Shown: positions 18,541 to 27,846, numbered from the stretch's first letter. The stretch is DNA of 49,616 nucleotides from an uncultured Roseburia sp. (GCA_947628935.1 CANRBT010000001.1:1-49616); one strand, 5' to 3'. Translations and numbers: made by a program. The notes: generated from the letters alone by a model not told the origin.

Positions 18541-19584
18541 TCATTCCTTCCAATGCAGCAGTTCCTCACGCAGCGCGGCAAGGAGCTCCCCTTCCGGAAG
18601 CTTTCGCGCGATCTCGCCATGTTTGATGATGAGCCCTTCTCCGATGCCGCCCGCGATGCCGATATCCGCCTCCTTCGCCTCACCCGGTCCGTTGACGACA
18701 CAGCCCATGACCGCGACTTTGATATCCAGCGGGATATCCGCCACCAGATCCTCCACCTGATTTGCCAGTCCGATCAGATCGATCTGCGTCCTGCCGCAGG
18801 TCGGGCAGGAGACGACCTCCACGCCGCCCTTCCTTAGCCCGAGCGTGCGCAGGATCAGCTTCGCCGACTTGATCTCCTCCAGCGGATCCCCGGTCAGGGA
18901 GACACGGATCGTATCTCCGATGCCCTGATGCAGGATCAGCCCCAGACCGATGGCGGATTTGATGTTGCCGCTCGTGATCGTGCCTGCCTCCGTGATGCCG
19001 ACATGGAGCGGATGGTCCGTCTGCCCCGCGATCAGCTCATGCGCGCGGACACACATCATCACATCGGAGGATTTGATACTGATGACCAGATTGTCATAGC
19101 CCATATCCTCGATGCTATGTACTTTGTCCAAGGCGCTCTCCACGAGTCCCTCCGCCGTCACGCCATGATACTTCTCTACCAACTCTTTTTCCAGAGAGCC
19201 GCTGTTGACACCGACACGGATGGGAATGCCCCGCTCCCGCGCCGCGTCCACGACCGCGCGCACGCGCTCCGCACTCCCGATATTCCCCGGATTGATGCGG
19301 ATCTTGTCCGCATTGTGCTCGATCGCCGCGATCGCAAGTCGATGATCAAAATGGATATCCGCCACGACAGGTATCGATACCTGCTTTTTGATCTCGGAAA
19401 GAGCCTCAGCCGCCTCCATGGTCGGAACGGCGCATCGGATGATCTCGCACCCTGCCGCCGCCAGCTTTTCGATCTGTGACACGGTCGCCGCGACATCCTC
19501 CGTTTTGGTATTTGTCATGGACTGGATCAAGATCGGGTTCCCCCCTCCGATGACCCTGTCTCCGATCCGCACAGTCTTTGTCAT
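18541..19584 (-). CDS. ispG: HMBPP synthase (flavodoxin-dependent)
   Basis: IQSMTNT, VADIHFD, RINPGNIG, GDTIRVSL, CPTCGR...MGCVVNGPGE. Confidence 0.98.
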   Translation of the reverse strand: MTKTVRIGDRVIGGGNPILIQSMTNTKTEDVAATVSQIEKLAAAGCEIIRCAVPTMEAAEALSEIKKQVSIPVVADIHFDHRLAIAAIEHNADKIRINPGNIGSAERVRAVVDAARERGIPIRVGVNSGSLEKELVEKYHGVTAEGLVESALDKVHSIEDMGYDNLVISIKSSDVMMCVRAHELIAGQTDHPLHVGITEAGTITSGNIKSAIGLGLILHQGIGDTIRVSLTGDPLEEIKSAKLILRTLGLRKGGVEVVSCPTCGRTQIDLIGLANQVEDLVADIPLDIKVAVMGCVVNGPGEAKEADIGIAGGIGEGLIIKHGEIARKLPEGELLAALREELLHWKE

Positions 19585-19606
19585 AATCCTTCTCCTTTTT
19601 CCATCC

Positions 19607-20641
19607 TTATATCAGCAGCTTTCTGACATCATTGAACACGACGAACAGCATGAACGCGAACAGGAGCATCATGCCGGCAAAGTGCACCATGCCCTCCTTC
19701 TCCGGATCCACGCGCTTTCCACGGATCACCTCGGCAAGCAGAAAGAGCAACCGTCCTCCGTCCAGCGCAGGCAGCGGAAGCAGATTCATCACGCCGAGAT
19801 TGGCGGACAAAAAGATCGTGACATAGAGCATCTGCAGAAACGCCGCATAGTAACCGTAGCTCACGCTCTCCTCATATCCGTCGTCGATCATGCCGACAAT
19901 GCCAACGACTCCGCTCATATCATTCACGCTCGCCTGACCGGAAAAAAGCATCCGAAGGCTGCCAAGCGTCGTTTTGATCCAGTAGCCTACCTCATAAAAG
20001 CTGTATTGCAGACTCTGCGCCACAGTTCCCTTTGTGCGCGTCTGCATGATCTGGAACCCGTACAGATACGCCCCCGACTCCTCGTTGTAAAGAGGCGTAA
20101 GCTCCGACGTATAGCGCGCGCCGTCCCGCTCATATGTCACAGTGACCGTCTCGCCCTGATGGAACTGCGTATATGCGCTGATCTCCCTGGAAAAATGAAT
20201 GCGGGAATGATTCATCCGAATGATCGTATCGCCCTCCTGAAGTCCCGCCGCCTCCGCGGGATATCCCTCCATGACGCCGGCGAGGTTCGGGAGATCAAAA
20301 CCGATATTGCAGGTCAGAATAAAAGCGAACACGAGCGCCATCAGGAAATTGAACAGCGGTCCCGCCACGACGACACTGATGCGCGCCCAGACCGATTTTT
20401 TCCCAAACGCCCTGCTGTCCTCGCTCTCGTCGTCCTCCCCTTCCATCATACAGGCGCCTCCGACCGGCAGGAGCTTTAGCGAATACACGGTCTCTCCCCG
20501 CCGGATGCCCACGAGGGTCGGTCCCAGCCCCAGGCAGAACTCATTGACCTTGATCCCGTTCGCCTTTGCCAGAAGAAAATGTCCCAGCTCGTGGAACAGG
20601 ATCATGATACTGAAAATAATGATCGCAACGATAATCCCCAT
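19607..20641 (-). CDS. rseP: RIP metalloprotease RseP/RasP
   Basis: HELGH, one PDZ domain, NLLPLPALDGG. Start at ATG 20641. Confidence 0.95.
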   Translation of the reverse strand: MGIIVAIIIFSIMILFHELGHFLLAKANGIKVNEFCLGLGPTLVGIRRGETVYSLKLLPVGGACMMEGEDDESEDSRAFGKKSVWARISVVVAGPLFNFLMALVFAFILTCNIGFDLPNLAGVMEGYPAEAAGLQEGDTIIRMNHSRIHFSREISAYTQFHQGETVTVTYERDGARYTSELTPLYNEESGAYLYGFQIMQTRTKGTVAQSLQYSFYEVGYWIKTTLGSLRMLFSGQASVNDMSGVVGIVGMIDDGYEESVSYGYYAAFLQMLYVTIFLSANLGVMNLLPLPALDGGRLLFLLAEVIRGKRVDPEKEGMVHFAGMMLLFAFMLFVVFNDVRKLLI

Positions 20642-20688
20642 GAATGAAACCTTTCTTTTTCCAATTGAATGCTGCACCAGGAAAGGCG

Positions 20689-21852
20689 TTACACCTCACC
20701 CCATCTGCGCGCGATATATTCGTAAGCGGATGCCTCCGTCTCCAAAATCGCATCCAGATCCGGCGCCTCCTGATAGGACGCCTCCTCCATACAGGCTGCA
20801 ATGATCTCCGTAATCTGCGGATATGCGATCTTCCGCTCCAAAAAGAGCGCGACCGCTCTCTCATTTGCCGCATTGAACGCCGTGGGGATATTTCCGCCAC
20901 GCCGCATCGCTTCATAGGCGAGCGGCAATCCGCGGAACGTATCGAGATCCGGCCGCTCAAAGGTTAGCTGCCCCAGCGCGAACAGATCCAGCCGCTCCCC
21001 CGAGAGCGGGCGGCGTTCGGGATAATAGAGCGCGTACTGGATCGGCAGACGCATATCCGGCGTGCCGAGCTGTGCGATGACCGCTCCGTCCTCGTATTCC
21101 ACGGCGGAATGGATCACGCTCTGCGGGTGCACGACCACCTGGATCCGTTCCGGCTCCACGCCGAACAGCCATTTTGCCTCCATGACCTCCAACCCCTTGT
21201 TCACAAGCGTCGAGGAATCGATCGTGATCTTTTTTCCCATCGACCAGTTCGGATGCCGCAGCGCATCCTCCACCTGGATATCGGCAAGCTCCTCCCTTTT
21301 TTTCCCCCGAAAGGGACCTCCCGATGCGGTCAGAAGGATTTTTTCGATCCGGTTCCTTCCCCCGTCGTAGACTGCCCCCTGTAAAGATTGAAAAATGGCG
21401 CTGTGCTCGCTGTCGACCGGAAGGATCGGCACCCCGCGCTCCCGCGCCAGCGGCATGATCAGATGCCCCGCCGTCACAAGCGTCTCTTTATTGGCAAGCG
21501 CGATCTTTTTCCCCGCCTGTATCGCGGCGATCGTCGGACGGATGCCCAACATCCCCACGATCGCCGTCACAAGGAGCTCGCTCTTCGGATAGACCGCCAC
21601 CTCCAGCAGTCCCTCCATACCGGAGACGACGCGCACGGAAAGGTCAGCGATGCTCTCCCGCAACCGGGCTGCCGCCGCCTCCTCCCATACACAGACCAGT
21701 TCCGGTGAAAACTCCCGTATCTGCCGCTCCAGCAGCACAGTGTTGCTTCCCGCCGCGAGCGCCGCTACCCCGATATCTCCCTGCTCCCTGACGACGGACA
21801 GCGTCTGCGTTCCGATGGAACCGGTCGATCCTAAAATCGCTATCTTTCTCAT
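20689..21852 (-). CDS. dxr: 1-deoxy-D-xylulose-5-phosphate reductoisomerase
   Basis: ILGSTGSIG, LANKETLV, PVDSEHSAIFQ, HPNWSMGKKITIDS. Confidence 0.98.
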   Translation of the reverse strand: MRKIAILGSTGSIGTQTLSVVREQGDIGVAALAAGSNTVLLERQIREFSPELVCVWEEAAAARLRESIADLSVRVVSGMEGLLEVAVYPKSELLVTAIVGMLGIRPTIAAIQAGKKIALANKETLVTAGHLIMPLARERGVPILPVDSEHSAIFQSLQGAVYDGGRNRIEKILLTASGGPFRGKKREELADIQVEDALRHPNWSMGKKITIDSSTLVNKGLEVMEAKWLFGVEPERIQVVVHPQSVIHSAVEYEDGAVIAQLGTPDMRLPIQYALYYPERRPLSGERLDLFALGQLTFERPDLDTFRGLPLAYEAMRRGGNIPTAFNAANERAVALFLERKIAYPQITEIIAACMEEASYQEAPDLDAILETEASAYEYIARRWGEV

Positions 21853-21884
21853 ATCGCACCCTTCCTTCTGCCATTCTTGGACGA

Positions 21885-22697
21885 TTAGCGCGCGAAAAGC
21901 CCTGACGCCAGAAAATACACCAGCGGCGCTGTGACGATCACACTGTCAAAGCGATCCAGGATGCCTCCGTGTCCGGGGATCAGCTTCCCGTAATCCTTGA
22001 CCTCATAGTTCCGCTTGATGGCGGACGCCGTCAGGTCGCCGACCATAGATACGAGCGCGCCGACGGCGCTGATGACGGCAAGGAGCAGGATCTCCTTCGT
22101 TCCGATTTCCATCGCCTCTCGAAAGAGCGCCGCATATCCGGCTGTGAGCAGCGCGGCGCCCGCCACGCCGCCCACGGCTCCCTCTATGGATTTTTTCGGG
22201 CTGAGGAGCGGCGCCATCTTATGTTTTCCGATCAAAACACCCACACAGTACGCGCAGGTATCACAGCCCCAGGAGCACAAAAAGATGAGCCAGACGATAT
22301 AGGCTCCCGCGGGGAGCATCCTGGTCTGATAGACATAGGACAACATGACCGCCACATAGAACACGCCAAAGAACACGCCAAGCATCTGCTCCGTCCGGTA
22401 TTTCGGATAGGTGAACACGTAGAGGAACATCAGAAGGATCAAAAATCCCAGCACGAACATCATCCCGTCTGTCAGGAATCCGAACCGCAGATCTGCGTAG
22501 TAAACGGCAGCGGCAAGATATCCCAGGAGCCCGCAGACCGTCTTCTCCACCCCCAGGATGCGGTACAGCTCAAACATGCCGATCCAGGAGATCACAAGCG
22601 TTGCTGCCAGCAGGACATCTCCCCCTGTCATGATGAGCGCCAGCGCAGCAAGCACCAGCACGATTCCACTGAGCAATCTTGTTCGAAACATCCTCAT
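21885..22697 (-). CDS. cdsA: Phosphatidate cytidylyltransferase
   Basis: SPKKSIEG, GDL..SAIKR...KDYGKLIPGHGGILDRFDS. Confidence 0.97.
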   Translation of the reverse strand: MRMFRTRLLSGIVLVLAALALIMTGGDVLLAATLVISWIGMFELYRILGVEKTVCGLLGYLAAAVYYADLRFGFLTDGMMFVLGFLILLMFLYVFTYPKYRTEQMLGVFFGVFYVAVMLSYVYQTRMLPAGAYIVWLIFLCSWGCDTCAYCVGVLIGKHKMAPLLSPKKSIEGAVGGVAGAALLTAGYAALFREAMEIGTKEILLLAVISAVGALVSMVGDLTASAIKRNYEVKDYGKLIPGHGGILDRFDSVIVTAPLVYFLASGLFAR

Positions 22698-22709
22698 CCC
22701 CCTCTTTCG

Positions 22710-23444
22710 TCATGTCTCGTCGATTCCGCCAAACCTGCGATCCCTGCTATTATACGCCTCAATGGCTTTTTCCAATTCCTCCCTGCCGAAATCCGGCCAT
22801 GGGACCTCCGTAAAATAAAATTCGCTGTAAGCAAGCTGCCACATCAGGTAATTGGAAAGCCGCAGCTCCCCGCTCGTTCGGATCAACAAATCGGGGTCCG
22901 GTATTCCGGCGGTGTCCAGATAGCCTGCAAACACGCTCTCCGTGATCTGCTCCTCCGCGAGCGTCCCCGCGCGCAGATCCTTCGCCATCCGCCGCATCGC
23001 ACGCACCATCTCGTCGCGGCTTCCATAGTTGATCGCGATCTGAAGCTGCAGACCGTCGTTCTTTGCCGATGCCTCCTCGAGCGCCGCGATCTGCTCCTGA
23101 AACCGCCCGTTCAGCCTTGTCATATCCCCAATGATACGCACACGCATGTTATTCTTATCCGCCGTCCGAATACAGTTCTTCAGATAATTCTCCAGAAGCT
23201 TCATCAAAGCCTCTACTTCCTGGCTGGGGCGGTTCCAGTTCTCCGTGGAAAACGCGTACATCGTGAGATATTTGACCCCGAGGTCATACGCCGCCCTGCA
23301 GACGGTCTCGACGTTCTTCGCGCCCGCCGTATGTCCGTAATTGCGCGGCATTCCCTTCGCCTTCGCCCAGCGACCGTTCCCGTCTAAAATGATTGCGATA
23401 TGTTGCGGAATCTTCATAGTTGGCTCCATTCTCTCTGACAGCAT
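22710..23444 (-). CDS. uppS: Undecaprenyl diphosphate synthase (start could also be ATG 23429 or 23417)
   Basis: HIAIILDGNGRWA, YAFSTENWNRP, LIRTSGELRLSNY, RRFGG. Confidence 0.97.
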   Translation of the reverse strand: MLSERMEPTMKIPQHIAIILDGNGRWAKAKGMPRNYGHTAGAKNVETVCRAAYDLGVKYLTMYAFSTENWNRPSQEVEALMKLLENYLKNCIRTADKNNMRVRIIGDMTRLNGRFQEQIAALEEASAKNDGLQLQIAINYGSRDEMVRAMRRMAKDLRAGTLAEEQITESVFAGYLDTAGIPDPDLLIRTSGELRLSNYLMWQLAYSEFYFTEVPWPDFGREELEKAIEAYNSRDRRFGGIDET

Positions 23445-23473
23445 TCCCGATCAACCTCTGTCCTATCCGACAC

Positions 23474-23502
23474 AAAAGGGACACGCACATCGTCATGTCC
23501 CT
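23474..23502 (-). terminator. Hairpin with short U-tract between frr and uppS
   Basis: AGGGACATG-N8-CGTGTCCCT-TTT on the minus strand. Confidence 0.55.
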
Positions 23503-23538
23503 CATGTTCCATACCATACGCATACGCGCCGTTTTGTT

Positions 23539-24093
23539 TTATACTGTGAGGATCTCCTTCGTCTTGCTCTCCACAGCCTTGTCTACCTCCGCAATGTACT
23601 TGTCGGTCATCTTCTGCGCCCCGTCCTCCAGCTCCTTGATCTCATCCTCGGAGATATCCGAGTTCCTGGACAGCTTCTTGAAGGAATCGTTCGCGTCACG
23701 GCGGATATTGCGGATCGCAACCTTGGCATTCTCCCCCTTTTTCTTCACGTCCTTCGCAAGCTCCTTGCGGCGTTCCTCTGTCAGCTCCGGAAATATCAGC
23801 CGGATCACCTTGCCGTCATTGGTGGGATTGATGCCCAGATCCGAGGTCAGGATCGCCTTCTCGATCTCCCGGACCATCGACGGCTCCCACGGCTGAATCT
23901 GAATCATACGGGGTTCCGGCACGTTGACGTTCGCTACCTGCTGGATGGCGGTCGGCGTTCCGTAATAGTCCACGCGCAGTCGATCGAGCACATGCGGATT
24001 CGCGCGTCCCGCCCGGATCCCTCCGAACTCCTCGCCCAGATTGTTCATCGTCTTCTGCATTTTCTCGTCAAACGGGATCAGTCTCTCGTCCAT
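23539..24093 (-). CDS. frr: Ribosome recycling factor
   Basis: IRAGRANP, VDYYG, LTEERRKEL, RNIRRDA. Confidence 0.99.
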   Translation of the reverse strand: MDERLIPFDEKMQKTMNNLGEEFGGIRAGRANPHVLDRLRVDYYGTPTAIQQVANVNVPEPRMIQIQPWEPSMVREIEKAILTSDLGINPTNDGKVIRLIFPELTEERRKELAKDVKKKGENAKVAIRNIRRDANDSFKKLSRNSDISEDEIKELEDGAQKMTDKYIAEVDKAVESKTKEILTV

Positions 24094-24117
24094 ATGTCCA
24101 CCATGCCTTTCTAGTGC

Positions 24118-24816
24118 TCAGGAAACAGTTACTTTCGTGCCGCTAAACGCTCCCGTTATGGCCCGCACAATACTGTTCTCCTCCTGCAAGCCGAATACAT
24201 ACATGGGCATCCGGTTCTCCATACAGAGAATGGACGCCGTCAGATCGACCACAGCAAGCTGTCGGTCAATGACCTCCTGTATCGAAATCTCGTCGTACTT
24301 CTTTGCCGCCGGATTGAGCTTCGGATCGCTGTCGTACACGCCGTCGATCGCCTTCGCCAGATAGATGCCGTCCGCCTCCATCTCGACCGCACGCAGCACG
24401 ATGCCCGTGTCCGTGGAAAAATACGGATGTCCCGTACCGCCTGCAAAAAAGACGACCATCCCCTTTGCAAAATACTTGTTCGCGCGATCCTTGGAGAACA
24501 GCTTCGTCATGCTGCCACACTCGAACGGGGTGAGGATCTGCGTCTGCATTCCCTGCGAGCGAAAGATCTCCGACACATAGATGCAGTTCATGATCGTCGC
24601 CAGCATGCCGATCTGATCGGCCTTGGTCCGGTCGATCGTCTCGCTGGTGCGTCCCCGCCAGAAGTTGCCGCCTCCGATCACGATCCCGACCTGAATGCCG
24701 CTCTCCGTGATCTGCCTGACCTGTCTTGCCACCTCGGTCACAGTCGGCTCGTCGAACCCGGTATGCTTCTCTCCTGCGAGAGCCTCACCGCTCAGCTTTA
24801 ACAGAACTCTCCTCAT
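24118..24816 (-). CDS. pyrH: UMP kinase
   Basis: RVLLKLSGEAL, IGGGNFWRG, GTGHPYFSTDT, DGVYDSDP. Confidence 0.99.
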   Translation of the reverse strand: MRRVLLKLSGEALAGEKHTGFDEPTVTEVARQVRQITESGIQVGIVIGGGNFWRGRTSETIDRTKADQIGMLATIMNCIYVSEIFRSQGMQTQILTPFECGSMTKLFSKDRANKYFAKGMVVFFAGGTGHPYFSTDTGIVLRAVEMEADGIYLAKAIDGVYDSDPKLNPAAKKYDEISIQEVIDRQLAVVDLTASILCMENRMPMYVFGLQEENSIVRAITGAFSGTKVTVS

Positions 24817-24822
24817 ACGAGA

Positions 24823-25686
24823 TCAATTTCCTTTCTTGTCGAACAGGCTCTGTACATCCACATCGGAATAGCACTGGGAACAGAAACCCTCGATCACAGC
24901 GCCGTTGTTGATCTGCACGGAGCGGGATTTGATATTGCCCATGACGACCGCGGAGGTGTCTACCACGACCGGTCCCTGTACATCGATGTCACCCTTGATC
25001 GCACCTGCGATCACAGCGGATGTGGAGGTCACGTTTCCGATAATGACGGACCCGAGACCGATCTTTACCGTGCCGGAGCTGACGACCTCTCCCTCGACCT
25101 GCGCTGCATCCGCAAAGAACTCCGACGTGTTGCTGTTGCCGTTCACAACGCCCGTCACGGTCAGCTTGCCGTTGCAGCTCACATTTCCCTCTACCTGTCC
25201 GCGGACATCCAAAGAACCGTTGGAAATCACGTCGCCGCGGATCACGGTACCCTCTGTGATGATAGAAACCTCATCGGAGACGATCTTCTCCTGTACCGGC
25301 GGCACGGGCGCAGCCGCCTGCGGCGCTGCCTGTGCGGTTGTCGTGGTTACTGGTGTTACTGGTGTATCCATTGTTTTCTCCTCCTGTGTGTTGCTCATCA
25401 TTTTCACTGCGGATTCCGGCGCTGCCTGCTCTCTCTGGATCGTCGGCTGCACCGCCTGCGGCTGTGGCGCTGCCTGTGCGGTCTGCGCTGCCTGCGGCTG
25501 CGGCGCAGCCACCGGCTCAAGCAGTCCGTCCAGCTTGGACATTTCAGACTCCACGTCCACTTCGCTCTCCAGGGTGTTCACCATGAGCTCCCCCGCCCCG
25601 TTTCTCGTGTCGAGTTCATCCTCTCCCGGCATGAGCTCATTGACTGCCTGCGAGAAATCATCTTTAAAGTCTTTAAAAAATCCCAT
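24823..25686 (-). CDS. Bactofilin (polymer-forming cytoskeletal protein) with long Pro/Ala/Gln-rich N-terminal linker
   Basis: C-terminal beta-helical repeats SIITEGTVIRGDV...VRGQVEGNV...VIAGAIKGDI...VVMGNIKSRSVQINNGAVIEGFC; GGAGG SD. Confidence 0.9.
   Translation of the reverse strand: MGFFKDFKDDFSQAVNELMPGEDELDTRNGAGELMVNTLESEVDVESEMSKLDGLLEPVAAPQPQAAQTAQAAPQPQAVQPTIQREQAAPESAVKMMSNTQEEKTMDTPVTPVTTTTAQAAPQAAAPVPPVQEKIVSDEVSIITEGTVIRGDVISNGSLDVRGQVEGNVSCNGKLTVTGVVNGNSNTSEFFADAAQVEGEVVSSGTVKIGLGSVIIGNVTSTSAVIAGAIKGDIDVQGPVVVDTSAVVMGNIKSRSVQINNGAVIEGFCSQCYSDVDVQSLFDKKGN
25453..25511. repeat. Imperfect tandem duplication encoding AAPQPQAAQTAQAAPQPQA in the bactofilin linker
   Basis: gcctgcggctg(t/c)ggcgc occurs twice; a related unit ggcgctgcctgtgcggt also occurs near 25322. 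Confidence 0.6.
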
Positions 25687-25700
25687 GTTCTTTCCTCCAT

Positions 25701-26699
25701 TTATTCTTGGTCATTGAGGCTGTCTGACTTGACATACTGAATGACCTGAGTATCTTCATCAATCGGCAGGATCCGCGCGTCCATCTCCTGAAGCGCTTCG
25801 ATCAGCGGTCCGATCGCCTCTACCGTCACGGTCTTATCCTCGGAATCATGCAGGAGGACCACGGACGTCTTATACTTTGCGACATCGTCCGTCACATGCG
25901 CCACAATCTCCTCCGGCGTGTATGCCGTGGACGCCGCATCCCCTGCCGACACGTTCCAGTCGTAGTAGACCACCTGCTCCTCATTGAGGAACCGTATCAG
26001 CTCGCTCATGGGCACATTGCTGATCTGGTTGCTGCTGCCTCCCGGGAAACGATAGTATCGGCATGTGACCCCGGTCACATCGTACAGATACTTCTGTAAG
26101 CGCTCATAATCGGAAACAAACGCCTCTTTGGACTGGTAGATCTCGCTGTAGCGATTGACATAGGAGTGCATCCCGAGCGTATGCCCTTCGTCAACGATCC
26201 GCTGATAAATAGCCTGCGACGCCTCATCCTCTTTTCCTGTGACAAAAAACGTCGCCTTCACATCGTACTCTGCCAGAATATCGAGGATCTTAGCCGTGTT
26301 CTCCGACGGTCCGTCGTCGAAGGTAAGATATACGCTGTGCACATCTCCCGCCTCCGCCAGATTCTCCGCATCCGCGATGCCCGAGACCTGCATGCCCGAC
26401 GCGGCGCCTCCGGCTGCCGGCGGTTCATAGCTCTCCTGCTCGGTCTGCGTATCGTCCTCGTCCGTCTCCTCCGTATCCGGACCGAAAATCTGCTCTTCTG
26501 CCGCGGTCGCATCCGCCTCCGCGATCAGCGCATCCAGCTTCCGCTCCATCGTTATGGTTCTGACAAGCAGAAAAATGATCAGCGCCATCGACAGGCAGAT
26601 CCACCCCGCGATCGTAAAGATGATCGCGTTCTTTATCCTTCCAATCCGCTTCCTCCGCCTGCGTTGATTGCGAAGGGCTTCTGACTCTTTCTCCTGCAT
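25701..26699 (-). CDS. Membrane-anchored NodB/CE4 polysaccharide (peptidoglycan) deacetylase
   Basis: Basic N-terminus plus TM, acidic linker, YLTFDDGP, ATFFV, HSY, YRFPGGS, DWNV and LLHD motifs. Confidence 0.9.
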   Translation of the reverse strand: MQEKESEALRNQRRRRKRIGRIKNAIIFTIAGWICLSMALIIFLLVRTITMERKLDALIAEADATAAEEQIFGPDTEETDEDDTQTEQESYEPPAAGGAASGMQVSGIADAENLAEAGDVHSVYLTFDDGPSENTAKILDILAEYDVKATFFVTGKEDEASQAIYQRIVDEGHTLGMHSYVNRYSEIYQSKEAFVSDYERLQKYLYDVTGVTCRYYRFPGGSSNQISNVPMSELIRFLNEEQVVYYDWNVSAGDAASTAYTPEEIVAHVTDDVAKYKTSVVLLHDSEDKTVTVEAIGPLIEALQEMDARILPIDEDTQVIQYVKSDSLNDQE

Positions 26700-26732
26700 G
26701 TAGACCCCCCAAGGTAATCTTAATACTAATCT

Positions 26733-26743
26733 ATTGTATCACA
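26733..26743 (-). promoter_or_regulatory. Extended -10 promoter for deacetylase-bactofilin-pyrH-frr
   Basis: TGTGATACAAT (TGnTACAAT) in an AT-rich intergenic region; -35 is weak. Confidence 0.55.
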
Positions 26744-26805
26744 TTTTTCTATTTTTCAAAGACAAAAGCACAAAAAAATCGTTTAATTTTTCTTCCCTTT
26801 TCCTT

Positions 26806-27789
26806 TCATTTTCTGACACTTTTTTCAAAAATACGCCTTTTTTTGCATTTTGTTGTTTCCGGCAGCATCCACTCCGCCCATTTTGCCAATTTCTCTCCCA
26901 CAGGAAGCAGCAGCAGGGTCGTACCCGCATTTAAGACCGTATGCAGATTTGCGATCTGCGCCGCCGGACTCTGAGGCGTCAGCCGCTCTATCCACGACAA
27001 AAGCGGCGTTCCCATACATAGCGCCGTGAAAACGGCGGCTCCCGTCACATTGAACGCCAGATGGATCAGAGCGGCGCGCCTCGCATTCCTGCTTCTGCCC
27101 GCCGACGCCAGAAGCGCCGTGACACAGGTGCCGATGTTCTGCCCGAACAGCACATACGCCGCGCTGTCAAGCGGAATGCCGCCTCCCCCGGCGAGCGCCT
27201 GCAGCATTCCGACCGCCGCGGAGGAGGACTGCATGACCGCTGCCAGCAGCGTCCCGGAAACGATCCCCCAAAGAGGGTTCCTTCTTTGCCCCATCGCCGC
27301 CGCAAGCCCTCCCGCCGCACCCGCTGCGGAAAACGCCCGGCACATCTGCTCCATCCCCAAAAACAGTATGCCAAGCGCTGCGGTCAGTTCTCCCCCGCGC
27401 CGGCTCTGTTCCTTTTTCCCCGCCAGCAGCAGGATGACCCCGAGGAGCACGGCGGCAGGCGCAAGCCGCCCCACGTCCAGCGCCATCAACTGTCCTGTCA
27501 CCGTCGTCCCGATATTGGCGCCCATGATGATCCAGACCGCCTGATACAGGGAAATGGTTTCCGCATCCACCAGACCGACCACCAGCACAGTCGTCGCGGA
27601 GGAGGATTGCAGCACGGCTGTGACCGCGCAGCCTGCCAGCACCCCCGCCACGCGATGGGTCGTCAGACGTTCCAAGAGCCTTCTTTCCCGCTCCCCCGCA
27701 AAGCTCCCAAGCGTGCCGCTCATTTGCCGCATGCCGTACAGGAACAGCGCTATCCCGCCAAGCGCTTCCATAAAATTGCCACTTTCCAT
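26806..27789 (-). CDS. Short Na+/Pi cotransporter family protein (YqeW-like, no PhoU domains)
   Basis: GGIALFLYGM, two QSSS repeats (LQSSSATT, MQSSSAA), GANIGTT and GQNIGTC. Confidence 0.88.
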   Translation of the reverse strand: MESGNFMEALGGIALFLYGMRQMSGTLGSFAGERERRLLERLTTHRVAGVLAGCAVTAVLQSSSATTVLVVGLVDAETISLYQAVWIIMGANIGTTVTGQLMALDVGRLAPAAVLLGVILLLAGKKEQSRRGGELTAALGILFLGMEQMCRAFSAAGAAGGLAAAMGQRRNPLWGIVSGTLLAAVMQSSSAAVGMLQALAGGGGIPLDSAAYVLFGQNIGTCVTALLASAGRSRNARRAALIHLAFNVTGAAVFTALCMGTPLLSWIERLTPQSPAAQIANLHTVLNAGTTLLLLPVGEKLAKWAEWMLPETTKCKKRRIFEKSVRK

Positions 27790-27817
27790 TGTCCGTTGTC
27801 CGTCGCTCTGTTTTTTT

Positions 27818-27846
27818 ATTGTATGGAACTTTTCCCATTCTCATGC
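27818..27846 (-). promoter_or_regulatory. Candidate sporulation SigE-type promoter of the Na/Pi gene
   Basis: GCATGA-15 nt-CATACAAT; the -10 matches the SigE consensus CATAcanT. Confidence 0.55.
27822..27836. repeat. Left copy of direct repeat tatggaactttt(c/t)cc
   Basis: 14/15 identical to 30191-30205. Confidence 0.7.

Noticed and set aside
26806-27000. Na/Pi gene as a truncated pseudogene
   Set aside because: Both membrane repeats are complete and short PhoU-less members exist. Only the last ~15 residues look like run-on into AT-rich intergenic DNA.
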